Shown here piece by piece: positions 26,701-40,400 of a stretch of 64,000 bases of DNA; position 1 is the stretch's first letter; every line of letters begins with the position of its first letter. The position numbers and the translations under genes are program-made. The stretch is from contig CM082580.2 in the NCBI GenBank assembly GCA_040954595.2, positions 14,692,359 through 14,756,358 of the forward strand, written 5' to 3'. Under the pieces are notes generated by a model, which was not told the DNA's origin, made no database searches, and saw nothing but the letters and a program-made list of their open reading frames with translations. The stretch comes from Balanoglossus misakiensis. Taxonomy: Eukaryota > Animalia > Hemichordata.

Positions 26701-29700
26701 TGGTAGAAGTGGACATGGACATGGTCTTCCAGTCACCCAATAAACTACTTGCATGATGGCAGATGAAGATATTTGGATGTCAAATAAAGAAAACATACAG
26801 GTTTGCAATCAACATTTTAAGATTGTATATAGTGTTGGAACAAATCCAAACTTAACTCATTGAATCAATTTATACAATCTTTCGCCTATTTGATCATTAA
26901 TCATGGATAACATTTTTCTGTTGTTTTGTTAGAATATGGCGAAGAGTGCAGGCTGATGTTGTGTATCTGGATGTTTTCATTGTTAGAAGTGGACATGGAC
27001 TTGGTCTTGCTTTCACCCAATAAACTCTGCATGATGGCAGATGAAGATATTTGGATGTCAAATAAAGAAAACATACAGGTTTGCAATCAACATTTTAAGA
27101 GTGTATATAGTGTTGGAACAAATCCAAACTTAACTCATTGAATCAATTTTATAAAATATGTCACCACTTTGTTCATTGATCATGAATATTTCTTTTTCTG
27201 TTGTTTTGTTAGAATATGGCAAAGAGTGCAGGCTGATGTTGTGTATCTGAATGTTGCCATTGGTAGAAGTGGACAAGGACTTGGTTTCCCAGTCACCCAA
27301 TAAACTACTTGCATGATGGCAGATGAAGATATTTGGATGTCAAATAAAGAACACATACAGGTTTGCAGTATACATTTTAAGAGTGTATATAGTGTTGGAA
27401 CAAATCCAAACTTAACTCATTGAATCAATTTTATAAAATATGTCACCACTTTTTTTATTGATCATGAATAATTTTTGTTTCTGTTGTTTTGTTAGAATAT
27501 GGCGAAGAGTGCAGGCTGATGTTGTGTATCTGAATGTTGCCATTGGTAGAAGTGGACATGGACATGGTCTTCCAGTCACCCAATAAACTACTTGCATGAT
27601 GGCAGATGAAGATATTTGGATGTCAAATAAAGAAAACATACAGGTTTGCAATCAACATTTTAAGATTGTATATAGTGTTGGAACAAATCCAAACTTAACT
27701 CATTGAATCAAATTATACAATCTTTCGCCTATTTGATCATTAATCATGGATAACATTTTTCTGTTCTTTTGTTAGAATATGGCGAAGAGTGCAGGCTGAT
27801 GTTGTGTATCTGGATGTTTTCATTGTTAGAAGTGGACAAGGACTTGGTCTTGCTTTCACCCAATAAACTCTGCATGATGGCAGATGAAGATATTTGGATG
27901 TCAAATAAAGAACACATACAGGTTTGCTGTCAACATTTTAAGAGTGTATATAGTGTTGGAACAAATCAAAACTTAACTCATTGAATCAATTTTATAAAAT
28001 ATGTCACCACTTTGTTCATTGATCATGAATAATTTGTGTCTGTTGTTTTGTTAGAATATGGCGAAGAGTGCAGGGTGATGTTGTGTATCTGAATGTTGCC
28101 AATGGTAGAAGTGGACAAGGACATGGTCTTCCAGTCAGCCAATAAAGTACTTCCATGATGGGAGATGAAGCAAGGTCAAGCATGAAGACTGATGTTTAAT
28201 TTCTAAATGGTGCCAACGGTAGAAGTGGATGAGGACTTGGTCTTGCAGTCAGCCAATAAACATCCTGCATGATGGCAGATGAAGATATTTGGATGTTAAA
28301 TAAAGAAAACATACAGGTTTGCAGTCAACATTTTAAGAGTGTATATAGTATTGGAACAAATCCAAATTTAACCCATCGAATCAATTTATACAATCTTTCG
28401 CCAATTTGTTCATTAATCATGGATAATATTTTTCTGTTCTTTTGTTAGAATATGGCGAAGAGTGCAGGCTGATGATGTGTATCTGAATGTTGCCATTGGT
28501 AGTAGTGGACAAGGACTTGGTCTTGCATTCACTCAATAAACTCTGCATGATGGCAGATGAAGATATTTGGATGTCAAATAAAGAACACATACAGGTTTGC
28601 AGTCAACATTTTAAGAGTGTATATAGTGTTGGAACAAATCCAAACTTAACTCATTGAATCAATTTTATAAAATATGTCACCACTTTGTTCATTGATCATG
28701 AATACATAATTTTTTTTTCTGTTGTTTTGTTAGAATATTGCGAAGACTGCTGGGTGATGTTGTGTATCTGAATGTTGCCAATGGTAGAAGTGGACAAGGA
28801 CATGGTTTCCCAGTCACCCAATAAACTACTTGCATGATGGCAGATGAAGATATTTGGATGTCAAATAATGAACACATACAGGTTTGCAGTCAACATTTTA
28901 TGAGTGTATATAGTGTTGGAACAAATCCAAACTTAACTCATTGAATCAATTTTATAAAATATGTCACCACTTTTTTTATTGATCATGAATAATTTTTGTT
29001 TCTGTTGTTTTGTTAGAATATGGCGAAGAGTGCAGGCTGATGTTGTGTATCTGAATGTTGCCATTGGTAGAAGTGGACATGGACATGGTCTTCCAGTCAC
29101 CCAATAAACTACTTGCATGATGGCAGATGAAGATATTTGGATGTCAAATAAAGAAAACATACAGGTTTGCAATCAACATTTTAAGATTGTATATAGTGTT
29201 GGAACAAATCCAAATTTAACTAATTGAATCAATTTATACAATCTTTCGCCAATTTGTTCATTAATCATTGATAACATTTTTCTGTACTTTTGTTAGAATA
29301 TGGCGAAGAGTGCAGGCTGATGTTGTGTATCTGAATGTTGCCATTGTTAGAAGGGGACAAGGACTTGGTCTTGCACTCACCCCATAAACTATTTGCATGA
29401 TGGCAGATGACCATATCTGGTTTTCAAATGAAGAAAATGTAAAGGTTTGTAATCATTATTATACGAGTGCGTGTAGTATTGGAACACATCCAAATTTAAC
29501 TTAAGCTGAATGAATCAATTCTATAAAACGTGTCCCCACTTCATTCATTAAACGCGAATCTATTTTTTCTCTTTCTTTCTTAGCTGAAGCTGAAGTGTGA
29601 AGACTGGTGATTTTCCAAATGATGATGATAGTAGAAATGGACAAGGACTTGGTCTACCAGTAACCCAATGAAATACTTGCATCTTGGCATATGAAGTCTG

Positions 29701-29720
29701 AATGCCAGATAAAGAGAAGA
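20790..29720 (+). repeat. ~281-bp AT-rich satellite, about 30 units, with ~390-bp long variants and higher-order periods
   Basis: gtagaagtggacaaggac..gcatgatggcagatgaagatatttggatgtcaaa recurs every ~281 bp; paralogous ORFs at 21961/22242 (281), 22242/23194/24146 (952) and 26569/27412 (843). Confidence 0.97.
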
Positions 29721-30515
29721 CATAGATTGTCAGTCAGCATTTTAGGAGTTTATAATGAGAATGAAGAGAAAACTTATAGATTGTCTTCTGTCCAGTTTTA
29801 TATTAAAGTGTCACAATCTCTCTTTTTGAGCTTTGAATGTTGTCAACTATACATTGAATACTTGCATTAGATTTCTGTGTTAAAAATAATGATTTTTAAC
29901 TTCATCATTCTGTATCAAACGAAATTAATCTCTAAAAGATAAAAAAACAGAGAATGTTGCTGTTTAATCTATTTATCCAGTGGGGATTATGACATTGACT
30001 TTCCTTACATGTTCCCTTGAGCCCACTGGTTATATGTTATGATAAGGAAGGATTCAGATTAGGACACAGTATTACTTATCTAACTGTAGCCTAAATGTCC
30101 ATAGATACAGTGTTTCTTAGAATCACAAGTTTGCACAGAGCAAACTTTGTTCAGTGAATTTTGCAGTCAAAGCAAATTGATTCAATCTCTGAAATTGTTT
30201 GTGCCATTTCAGCCAGCCAACTCAAACACTAACCCTAACTCTAACTCTAACCCTAACCTTAACCCTTACCCTAACCCTTACCCTAACAACTAATACTTAG
30301 GCTGGTATGGTATAAACAGGCTCAGGGAAACTCTTTTTAATAATGGGCTCCAATTTTGTTCACCAGTTAAAAGTTCACAGATGAAAATATGTTTACGTAT
30401 TGTATTTTAATTCAATTTCAATTACCTGTCATTCCCAAAACCTGATAGTGAAGGTCAGGAAAATTAATAAATATGAAATGTATGGGTACAGAAATGTCCT
30501 CTATGTATGCATTTA
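29685..30515 (+). repeat. Diverged direct duplication, copy 2, cut off by the subtelomeric satellites
   Basis: Colinear with 18835-19990; ends at ctctatgtatgc, where copy 1 enters (TATG)n. Confidence 0.9.
30229..30287 (-). repeat. Short degenerate interstitial telomeric tract (CCCTAA)n, inverted relative to the telomere
   Basis: ctaaccctaactctaactctaaccctaaccttaacccttaccctaacccttaccctaac, about 10 hexamers. Confidence 0.85.
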
Positions 30516-31268
30516 TGACCCCAACCCTGACCCGTTCCACCCCGCCGTTTCGGCAGACACTTGACCCCAACCCTGCCCCGTTCCACCCCGCCATGGCGCA
30601 GACACTTGACCCCAACCCTGCCCCATTCCACCCCGCCGTTTCGGCAGACACTTGACCCCAACCCTGCCCCGTTCCACCCCGCCATGGCGCAGACACTTGA
30701 CCCCAACCCTGCCCCGTTACACCCCGCCGTTGCCTCAGACACTTGACCCCAACCCTGCCCAGTTACACCCCGCCGTTGCCGCAGACACTTGACCCCAACC
30801 CTGCCCCATTACACCCCGCCATGCCGCAGACACTTGACCCCAACCCTGCCCCATTACACCCCACCATGCCGCAGACACTTGACCCCAACCCTGCCCCGTT
30901 ACATCCCGCCGTTGCCTCAGAAACTTGACCCCAACCCTGCCCCGTTACACCCCGCCATTGGCGCAGACACTTGACCCTACCCTGCCCCGTTCCAACCCGC
31001 CGTTGCCGCAGACACTTGACCCCAACCCTGCCCAGTTACACTCCGCCGTTGTGTCAGACATTTTACCCCAACCCTGCCCCGTTCCACCGCGCCGTTGCCG
31101 CAGACACTTGACCCCAAACCTACCCTGTTCCACCGAGCCGTTGCCGCAGACACTTGACCCCAACCCTGCCCCGTTACACCCCGCCGTTGCCGCAGACACT
31201 TGACCCCAACCCTGCCCCATTCCATCCTGCCGTTGCTGCAGGCACTTGACCCCAACCCTGCCCCGTTA
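30516..31268. repeat. Subtelomeric satellite A, 46-bp unit, ~16 copies
   Basis: Unit gacacttgaccccaaccctgccccgttacaccccgccgttgccgca. Confidence 0.97.
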
Positions 31269-31481
31269 CTCCAGTCCCCCTCCAGTCTGCTCCAGTCCCC
31301 CTCCAGTCTGCTCCAGTCCCCCTCCAGCATGCTCCAGTCCCCCTCCAGTCTGCTCCAGTCCCCCTCCAGTCTGCTCCAGTCCCCCTCCAGTCTGCTCCAG
31401 TCCCCCTCCAGCATGCTCCAGTCCCCCTCCAGTCTGCTCCAGTCCCCCTCAAGTCTGCTCCAGTCCCCCTCCAGTCTGCTC
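31269..31481. repeat. 21-bp minisatellite, ~10 copies
   Basis: Unit ctccagtccccctccagtctg. Confidence 0.97.
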
Positions 31482-34400
31482 CCATCAACTTGGCCCAGAT
31501 TCACCGCGCCGTTACCACCGGAAGTCGCCGGCAACTTTGCCCAGATTCACCGCGCCGTTACGACAGGAAGTCGCCGGCAACTTGGCCCAGTTTCACCGCG
31601 CCGTTACCACCGGAAGTCACCGGAAACTTGGCCAGGATTCACAGGAAGTCGCCATCAACTTGGCCCGGATTCACCGCGCCGTTACGACCGGAAGTCGCCG
31701 GCAACTTGGCCCGGATTCACCGCGCCGTTACGACCGGAAGTCGCCGGCAACTTTGCCCAGATTCACCGCGCCGTTACGACAGGAAGTCGCCGGCAACTTG
31801 GCCCAGTTTCACCGTGCCGTTACCACCGGAAGTCGCCGGCAACTTGGCCCGGATTCACAGGAAGTCGCCATCAACTTGGCCCAGATTCACCGCGCCGTTA
31901 CCACCGGAAGTCGCCGGCAACTTGGCCCGGATTCACCGCGCCATTACGACCGGAAGTCACCGGCAACTTTGCCCAGATTCACCGCGCCGTTACGACAGGA
32001 AGTCGCCGGCAACTTGGCACAGTTTCACCGCGCCGTTACCACCGGAAGTCGCCGGCAACTTGGCCCGGATTCACAGGAAGTCGCCATCAACTTGGCCCGG
32101 ATTCACCGCGCCGTTACGACCGGAAGTCGCCGGCAACTTTGCCCAGATTCACCGCGCCGTTACGACAGGAAGTCGCCGGGAACTTGGCCCAGTTTCACCG
32201 CGCCGTTACCACCGGAAGTCGCCGGCAACTTGGCCCGGATACACAGGAAGTCGCCATCAACTTGGCCCGGATTCACCGCGCCGTTACGACCGGAAGTCGC
32301 CGGCAATTTTGCCCAGATTCACCGCGCCGTTACGACAGGAAGTCGCCGGCAACTTGGCTCAGTTTCACCGCGCCGTTACCACCGGAAGTCGCCGGCAACT
32401 TGGCCCGGATTCATAGGAAGTCGCCATCAACTTGGCCCAGATTCACCGCGCCGTTACCACAGGAAATCGCCGGCAACTTGGCCCAGTTTCACCGCGCCGT
32501 TACGACCGGAAGTCGCCGGAAACTTGGCCTGGATTCACCGCGCCGTTACGACCGGAAGTCGCCGCAACTTGGCCCGGATTCACCGCGCCGTTACCACAGG
32601 AAGTCGCCGGCAACTTGGCCTAGATTCACCGCGCCGTTACGACCGGAAGTCGCCGCAACTTGGCCCGGATTCACAGGAAGTCGCCGGCAACTTGGCCCAG
32701 TTTCACCGCGCCGTTACCACCGGAAGTCGCCGGCAACTTGGCCCGGATTCACAGGAAGTCGCCATCAACTTGGCCCAGATTCACCGCGCCGTTACCACAG
32801 GAAATCGCCGGCAACTTGGCCCAGATTCACCTCGCCGTTACGACAGGAAGTCGCCGGCAACTTGGCCCAGATTCACCGCGCCGTTACCACCGGAAGTCGC
32901 TGGCAACTTGGCCCGGATTCACAGGAAGTCTCCGGCAACTTGGCCCAGATTCACCGCGCCGTTACCACCGGAAGTCACCGGCAACTTGGCCCGGATTCAC
33001 CGCGCCGTTACGACCGGAAGTCACCGGCTACTTTGCCCAGATTCACCGCGCCGTTACGACAGGAAGTCGCCGGCAACTTGGCCCAGATTCACCTCGCCGT
33101 TACGACAGGAAGTCGCCGGCAACTTGGCCCAGATTCACCGCGCCGTTACCACCGGAAGTCGCTGGCAAGTTGGCCCGCATTCACAGGAAGTCTCCGGCAA
33201 TTTGGCCCGGATTCGCCGCGCCGTTACGACCGGAAGTCGCCGGCAACTTGGCCCGGATTCACAGGAAGTCGCCATCAACTTGGCCCGGATTCACTGCGCC
33301 GTTACGACCGGAAGTCGCCGGCAACTTTGCCCAGATTCACCGCGCCGTTACGACAGGAAGTCGCCGGCAACTTGGCTCAGTTTCACCGCGCCATTACCAC
33401 CGGAAGTCGCCGGCAACTTGGCCCGGATTCACAGGAAGTCGCCATCAACTTGGCCCAGATTCACCGCGCCGTTACCACAGGAAATCAACGGCAACTTGGC
33501 CCAGATTCACCGCGCCGTTACCACCGGAAGTCGCCGGCAACTTGGCCCAGATTCACCGCGCCGTTACGACAGGAAGTCGCCGGCAACTTGGTTTCACCGC
33601 GCCGTTACCACCGGAAGTCGCTGGCACCTTGGCCCGGATTCACAGGAAGTCTCCGGCAACTTGGCCCGGATTCACCGCGCTGTTACGACCGGAAGTCGCC
33701 GGCAACTTTGTCCAGATTCACCGCGCCATTACGACAGGAAGTCGACGGCAACTTGGCCCGGATTCATAGGAAGTCGCCATCAACTTGGCCCGGATTCACC
33801 GCGCCGTTACGACCGGAAGTCGCCGGCAACTTTGCCCAGATTCACCGCGCCGTTACGACAGGAAGTCGCCGGCAACCTGGCTCAGTTTCACCGCGCCATT
33901 ACCACCGGAAGTCGCCGGCAACTTGGCCCGGATTCACAGGAAGTCGCCATCAACTTGGCCCAGATTCACCGCGCCGTTACCACAGGAAATCAACGGCAAC
34001 TTGGCCCAGATTCACCGCGCCGTTACGACCGGAAGTCGCCGGCAACTTTGCCCAGATTCACCGCGCCGTTACGACCGGAAGTTGCCGGCAACTTTGCCCA
34101 GATTCACCGCGCCGTTACGACAGGAAGTCGCCGGCAACTTGGCTCAGTTTCACCGCGCCATTACCACCGGAAGTCGCCGGCAACTTGGCCCGGATTCACA
34201 GGAAGTCGCCATCAACTTGGCCCAGATTCACCGCGCCGTTACCACAGGAAATCAACGGCAACTTGGCCCAGATTCACCGCGCCGTTACGACAGGAAGTCG
34301 CCGGCAACTTGGCCCGGATTCACAGGAAGTCGCCATCAACTTGGCCCGGATTCACCGCGCCGTTACCACCGGAAGTCGCCGGCAACTTTGCCCAGATTCA

Positions 34401-37400
34401 CCGCGCCGTTACGACAGGAAGTCGCCGGCAACTTGGCCCAGTTTCACCGCGCCGTTACGACAGGAAGTCGCCGGCAACTTGGCCCGGATCCACAGGAAGT
34501 CGCCATCAACTTTGCCCGGATTCACCGCGCCGTTACGACCGGAAGTCGCCGTTAACTTTGCCCAGATTCACCGCGCCGATACGACAGGAAGTCGCCGGCA
34601 ACTTGGCCCGGATTCACAGGAAGTCGCCATCAACTTGGCCCGGATTCACTGCGCCGTTACGACCGGAAGTCGCCGGCAACTTTGCCCAGATTCACCGCGC
34701 CGTTACGACAGGAAGTCGCCGGCAACTTGGCTCAGTTTCACCGCGCCGTTACCACCGGAAGTCGCCGGCAACTTGGCCCGGATTCACAGGAAGTCGCCAT
34801 CAACTTGGCCCAGATTCACCGCGCCGTTACCACAGGAAATCAACGGCAACTTGGCCCGGATTCACAGGAAGTCTCCGGCAACTTGGCCCGGATTCACCGC
34901 GCCGTTACAACCGGAAGTCGCCGGCAACTTTGCCCAGATTCACCGCGCCGTTACGACAGGAAGTCGCCGGCAACTTGGCCCGGATTCACCGCGCCGTTAC
35001 GACCGGAAGTCGCCGGCAACTTGGCCTGGATTCACCGCGCCGTTACGACCGGAAGTCGCCGCAACTTGCCCCGGATTCACCGCGCCGTTACCACAGGAAG
35101 TCACCGGCAACTTGGCCTAGATTCACCGCGCCGTTACGACCGGAAGTCGCCGCAACTTGGCCCGGATTCACAGGAAGTCGCCATCAACTTGGCCCAGATT
35201 CACCGCGCCGTTACGACAGGAAGTCGCCGGCAACTTGGCCCAGATTCACCGCGCCGTTACCACCGGAAGTCGCTGGCAACTTGGCCCGGATTCACAGGAA
35301 GTCTCCGGCAACTTGGCCCAGATTCACCGCGCCGTTACCACCGGAAGTCGCCGGCAACTTGGCCCGGATTCACCGCGCCGTTACGACCGGAAGTCGCCGG
35401 CAACTTTGCCCAGATTCACCGCGCCGTTACGACAGGAAGTCGCCGGCAACTTTGCCCAGATTCACCGCGCCGTTACCACCGGAAGTCGCTGGCAACTTGG
35501 CCCGGATTCACAGGAAGTCTCCGGCAACTTGGCCCAGATTCACCGCGCCGTTACCACCGGAAGTCGCCGGCAACTTGGCCCGGATTCACCGCGCCGTTAC
35601 GACCGGAAGTCGCCGGCAACTTTGCCCGGATTCACCGCGCCGTTACGACCGGAAGTCGCCGGCAACTTTGCCCAGATTCACCGCGCCGTTACGACAGGAA
35701 GTCGCCGGCAACTTGGCTCAGTTTCACCGCTATTACCACCGGAAGTCGCCGGCAACTTGGCCCGAATTCACAGGAAGTCGCCATCAACTTGGCCCAGATT
35801 CACCGCGCCGTTACCACAGGAAATCAACGGCAACTTGGCCCAGATTCACCGCGCCGTTACCACCGGAAGTCGCCGGCAACTTGGCCCGGATTCACCGCGC
35901 CGTTACGACCGGAAGTCGCCGGCAACTTTGCCCAGATTCACCGCGCCGTTACCACCGGAAGTCGCTGGCAACTTGGCCCGGATTCACAGGAAGTCGCCAT
36001 CAACTTGGCCCGGATTCACCGCGCCGTTACGACCGGAAGTCGCCGGCAACTTTGCCCAGATTCACCGCGCCGTTACGACAGGAAGTCGCCGGCAACTTGG
36101 CTCAGTTTCACCGCGCCATTACCACCGGAAGTCGCCGGCAACTTGGCCCGGATTCACAGGAAGTCGCCATCAACTTGGCCCAGATTCACCGCGCCGTTAC
36201 CACAGGAAATCAACGACAACTTGGCCCAGATTCACCGTGCCGTTACGACCGGAAGTCGCCGGCAACTTTGCCCAGATTCACCGCGCCGTTACGACAGGAA
36301 GTCGGCGGCAACTTGGCCCGGATTCACAGGAAGTCGCCATCAACTTGGCCCGGATTCACCGCGCCGTTACGACCGGTAGTCGCCGGCAACTTTGCCCAGA
36401 TTCACCGCGCCGTTACGACAGGAAGTCGCCGGCAACTTGGCTCAGTTTCACCGCTATTACCACCGGAAGTCGCCGGCAACTTGGCCCGAATTCACAGGAA
36501 GTCGCCATCAACTTGGCCCAGATTCACCGCGCCGTTACCACAGGAAATCAACGGCAACTTGGCCCAGATTCACCGCGCCGTTACCACCGGAAGTCGCCGG
36601 CAACTTGGCCCGGATTCACCGCGTCGTTACGACCGGAAGTCGCCGGCAACTTGGCTCAGTTTCACCGCTATTACCACCGGAAGTCGCCGGCAACTTGGCC
36701 CGAATTCACAGGAAGTCGCCATCAACTTGGCCCTGATTCACCGCGCCGTTACCACAGGAAATCAACGGCAACTTGGCCCAGATTCACCGCGCCGTTACCA
36801 CCGGAAGTCGCCGGCAACTTGGCCCGGATTCACCGCGCCGTTACGACCGGAAGTCGCCGGCAACTTTGCCCAGATTCACCGCGCCGTTACCACCGGAAGT
36901 CGCTGGCAACTTGGCCCGGATTCACAGGAAGTCGCCATCAACTTTGCCCAGATTCACCGCGCCGTTACGACAGGAAGTCGCCGGCAACTTGGCTCAGTTT
37001 CACAGCGCCATTACCACCGGAAGTCGCCGGCAACTTGGCCCGGATTCACAGGAAGTCGCCATCAACTTGGCCCACAGGAAATCAACGGCAACTTGGCCCG
37101 GATTCACCGTGCCGTTACGACCGGAAGTCGCCGGCAACTTTGCCCAGATTCACCGCGCCGTTACGACAGGAAGTCGGCGGCAACTTGGCCCGGATTCACA
37201 GGAAGTCGCCAACAACTTGGCCCGGATTCACCGCGCCGTTACGACCGGTAGTCGCCGGCAACTTTGCCCAGATTCACCGCGCCGTTACGACAGGAAGTCG
37301 CCGGCAACTTGGCTCAGTTTCACCGCGCCATTACCACCGGAAGTCGCCGGCAACTTGGCCCGGATTCACAGGAAGTCGCCATCAACTTGGCCCAGATTCA

Positions 37401-40400
37401 CCGCGCCGTTACCACAGGAAATCAACGGCAACTTGGCCCGGATTCACCGCGCCGTTACGACCGGAAGTCGCCGGCAACTTTGCCCAGATTCACCGCGCCG
37501 TTACGACAGGAAGTCGCCGGCAACTTGGCTCAGTTTCACCGCTATTACCACCGGAAGTCGCCGCAACTTGGCCCGGATTCACAGGAAGTCGCCATCAACT
37601 TGGCCCAGATTCACCGCGCCGTTACGACAGGAAGTCGCCGGCAACTTGGCCCAGATTCACCGCGCCGTTACCACCGGAAGTCGCTGGCAACTTGGCCCGG
37701 ATTCACAGGAAGTCTCCGGCAACTTGGCCCAGATTCACCGCGCCGTTACCACCGGAAGTCGCCGGCAACTTGGCCCGGATTCACCGCGCCGTTACGACCG
37801 GAAGTCGCCGGCAACTTTGCCCAGATTCACCGCGCCGTTACGACAGGAAGTCGCCGGCAACTTTGCCCAGATTCACCGCGCCGTTACCACCGGAAGTCGC
37901 TGGCAACTTGGCCCGGATTCACAGGAAGTCTCCGGCAACTTGGCCCAGATTCACCGCGCCGTTACCACCGGAAGTCGCCGGCAACTTGGCCCGGATTCAC
38001 CGCGCCGTTACGACCGGAAGTCGCCGGCAACTTTGCCCGGATTCACCGCGCCGTTACGACCGGAAGTCGCCGGCAACTTTGCCCAGATTCACCGCGCCGT
38101 TACGACAGGAAGTCGCCGGCAACTTGGCTCAGTTTCACCGCTATTACCACCGGAAGTCGCCGGCAACTTGGCCCGAATTCACAGGAAGTCGCCATCAACT
38201 TGGCCCAGATTCACCGCGCCGTTACCACAGGAAATCAACGGCAACTTGGCCCAGATTCACCGCGCCGTTACCACCGGAAGTCGCCGGCAACTTGGCCCGG
38301 ATTCACCGCGCCGTTACGACCGGAAGTCGCCGGCAACTTTGCCCAGATTCACCGCGCCGTTACCACCGGAAGTCGCTGGCAACTTGGCCCGGATTCACAG
38401 GAAGTCGCCATCAACTTGGCCCGGATTCACCGCGCCGTTACGACCGGAAGTCGCCGGCAACTTTGCCCAGATTCACCGCGCCGTTACGACAGGAAGTCGC
38501 CGGCAACTTGGCTCAGTTTCACCGCGCCATTACCACCGGAAGTCGCCGGCAACTTGGCCCGGATTCACAGGAAGTCGCCATCAACTTGGCCCAGATTCAC
38601 CGCGCCGTTACCACAGGAAATCAACGACAACTTGGCCCAGATTCACCGTGCCGTTACGACCGGAAGTCGCCGGCAACTTTGCCCAGATTCACCGCGCCGT
38701 TACGACAGGAAGTCGGCGGCAACTTGGCCCGGATTCACAGGAAGTCGCCATCAACTTGGCCCGGATTCACCGCGCCGTTACGACCGGTAGTCGCCGGCAA
38801 CTTTGCCCAGATTCACCGCGCCGTTACGACAGGAAGTCGCCGGCAACTTGGCTCAGTTTCACCGCGCCATTACCACCGGAAGTCGCCGGCAACTTGGCCC
38901 GGATTCACAGGAAGTCGCCATCAACTTGGCCCAGATTCACCGCGCCGTTACCACAGGAAATCAACGGCAACTTGGCCCAGATTCACCGCGCCGTTACCAC
39001 CGGAAGTCGCCGGCAACTTGGCCCGGATTCACCGCGCCGTTACGACCAGAAGTCGCCGGCAACTTGGCTCAGTTTCACCGCTATTACCACCGGAAGTCAC
39101 CGGCAACTTGGCCCGAATTCACAGGAAGTCGCCATCAACTTGGCCCTGATTCACCGCGCCGTTACCACAGGAAATCAACGGCAACTTGGCCCAGATTCAC
39201 CGCGCCGTTACCACCGGAAGTCGCCGGCAACTTGGCCCGGATTCACCGCGCCGTTACGACCGGAAGTCGCCGGCAACTTTGCCAAGATTCACCGCGCCGT
39301 TACCACCGGAAGTCGCTGGCAACTTGGCCCAGATTCACAGGAAGTCGCCATCAACTTTGCCCAGATTCACCGCGCCGTTACGACAGGAAGTCGCCGGTAA
39401 CTTGGCTCAGTTTCACAGCGCCATTACCACCGGAAGTCGCCGGCAACTTGGCCCGGATTCACAGGAAGTCGCCATCAACTTGGCCCACAGGAAATCAACG
39501 GCAACTTGGGCCGGATTCACCGTGCCGTTACGACCGGAAGTCGCCGGCAACTTTGCCCAGATTCACCGCGCCGTTACGACAGGAAGTCGGCGGCAACTTG
39601 GCCCGGATTCACAGGAAGTCGCCATCAACTTGGCCCGGATTCACCGCGCCGTTACGACCGGTAGTCGCCGGCAACTTTGCCCAGATTCACAACGCCGTTA
39701 CGACAGGAAGTCGCCGGCAACTTGGCTCAGTTTCACCGCGCCATTACCACCGGAAGTCGCCGGCAACTTGGCCCGGATTCACAGGAAGTCGCCATCAACT
39801 TGGCCCAGATTCACCGCGCCGTTACCACAGGAAATCAACGGCAACTTGGCCCGGATTCACCGCGCCGTTACGACCGGAAGTCGCCGGCAACTTTGCCCAG
39901 ATTCACCGCGCCGTTACGACAGGAAGTCGCCGGCAACTTGGCTCAGTTTCACCGCTATTACCACCGGAAGTCGCCGGCAACTTGGCCCGGATTCACAGGA
40001 AGTCGCCATCAACTTGGCCCAGATTCACCGCGCCATTACCACAGGAAATCAACGGCAACTTGGCCCGGATTCACCGCGCCGTTACGACCGGAAGTCGCCG
40101 GCAACTTTGCCCAGATTAACCGCGCAGTTACGACAGGAAGTCGCCGGCAACCTGGCCCAGTTTCACCGCGCCGTTACCACCGGAAGTCGCTGGCAACTTG
40201 GCCCGGATTCACAGGAAGTCTCCGGCAACTTGGCCCGGATTCACCGCGCCGTTACGACCGGAAGTCGCCGCAACTTGGCCCGGATTCACCGCGCCGTTAC
40301 CACAGGAAGTCGCCGGCAACTTAGCCTAGATTCACCGCGCCGTTACGACCGGAAGTCGCCGCAACTTGGCCCGGATTCACAGGAAGTCGGCATCAACTTG

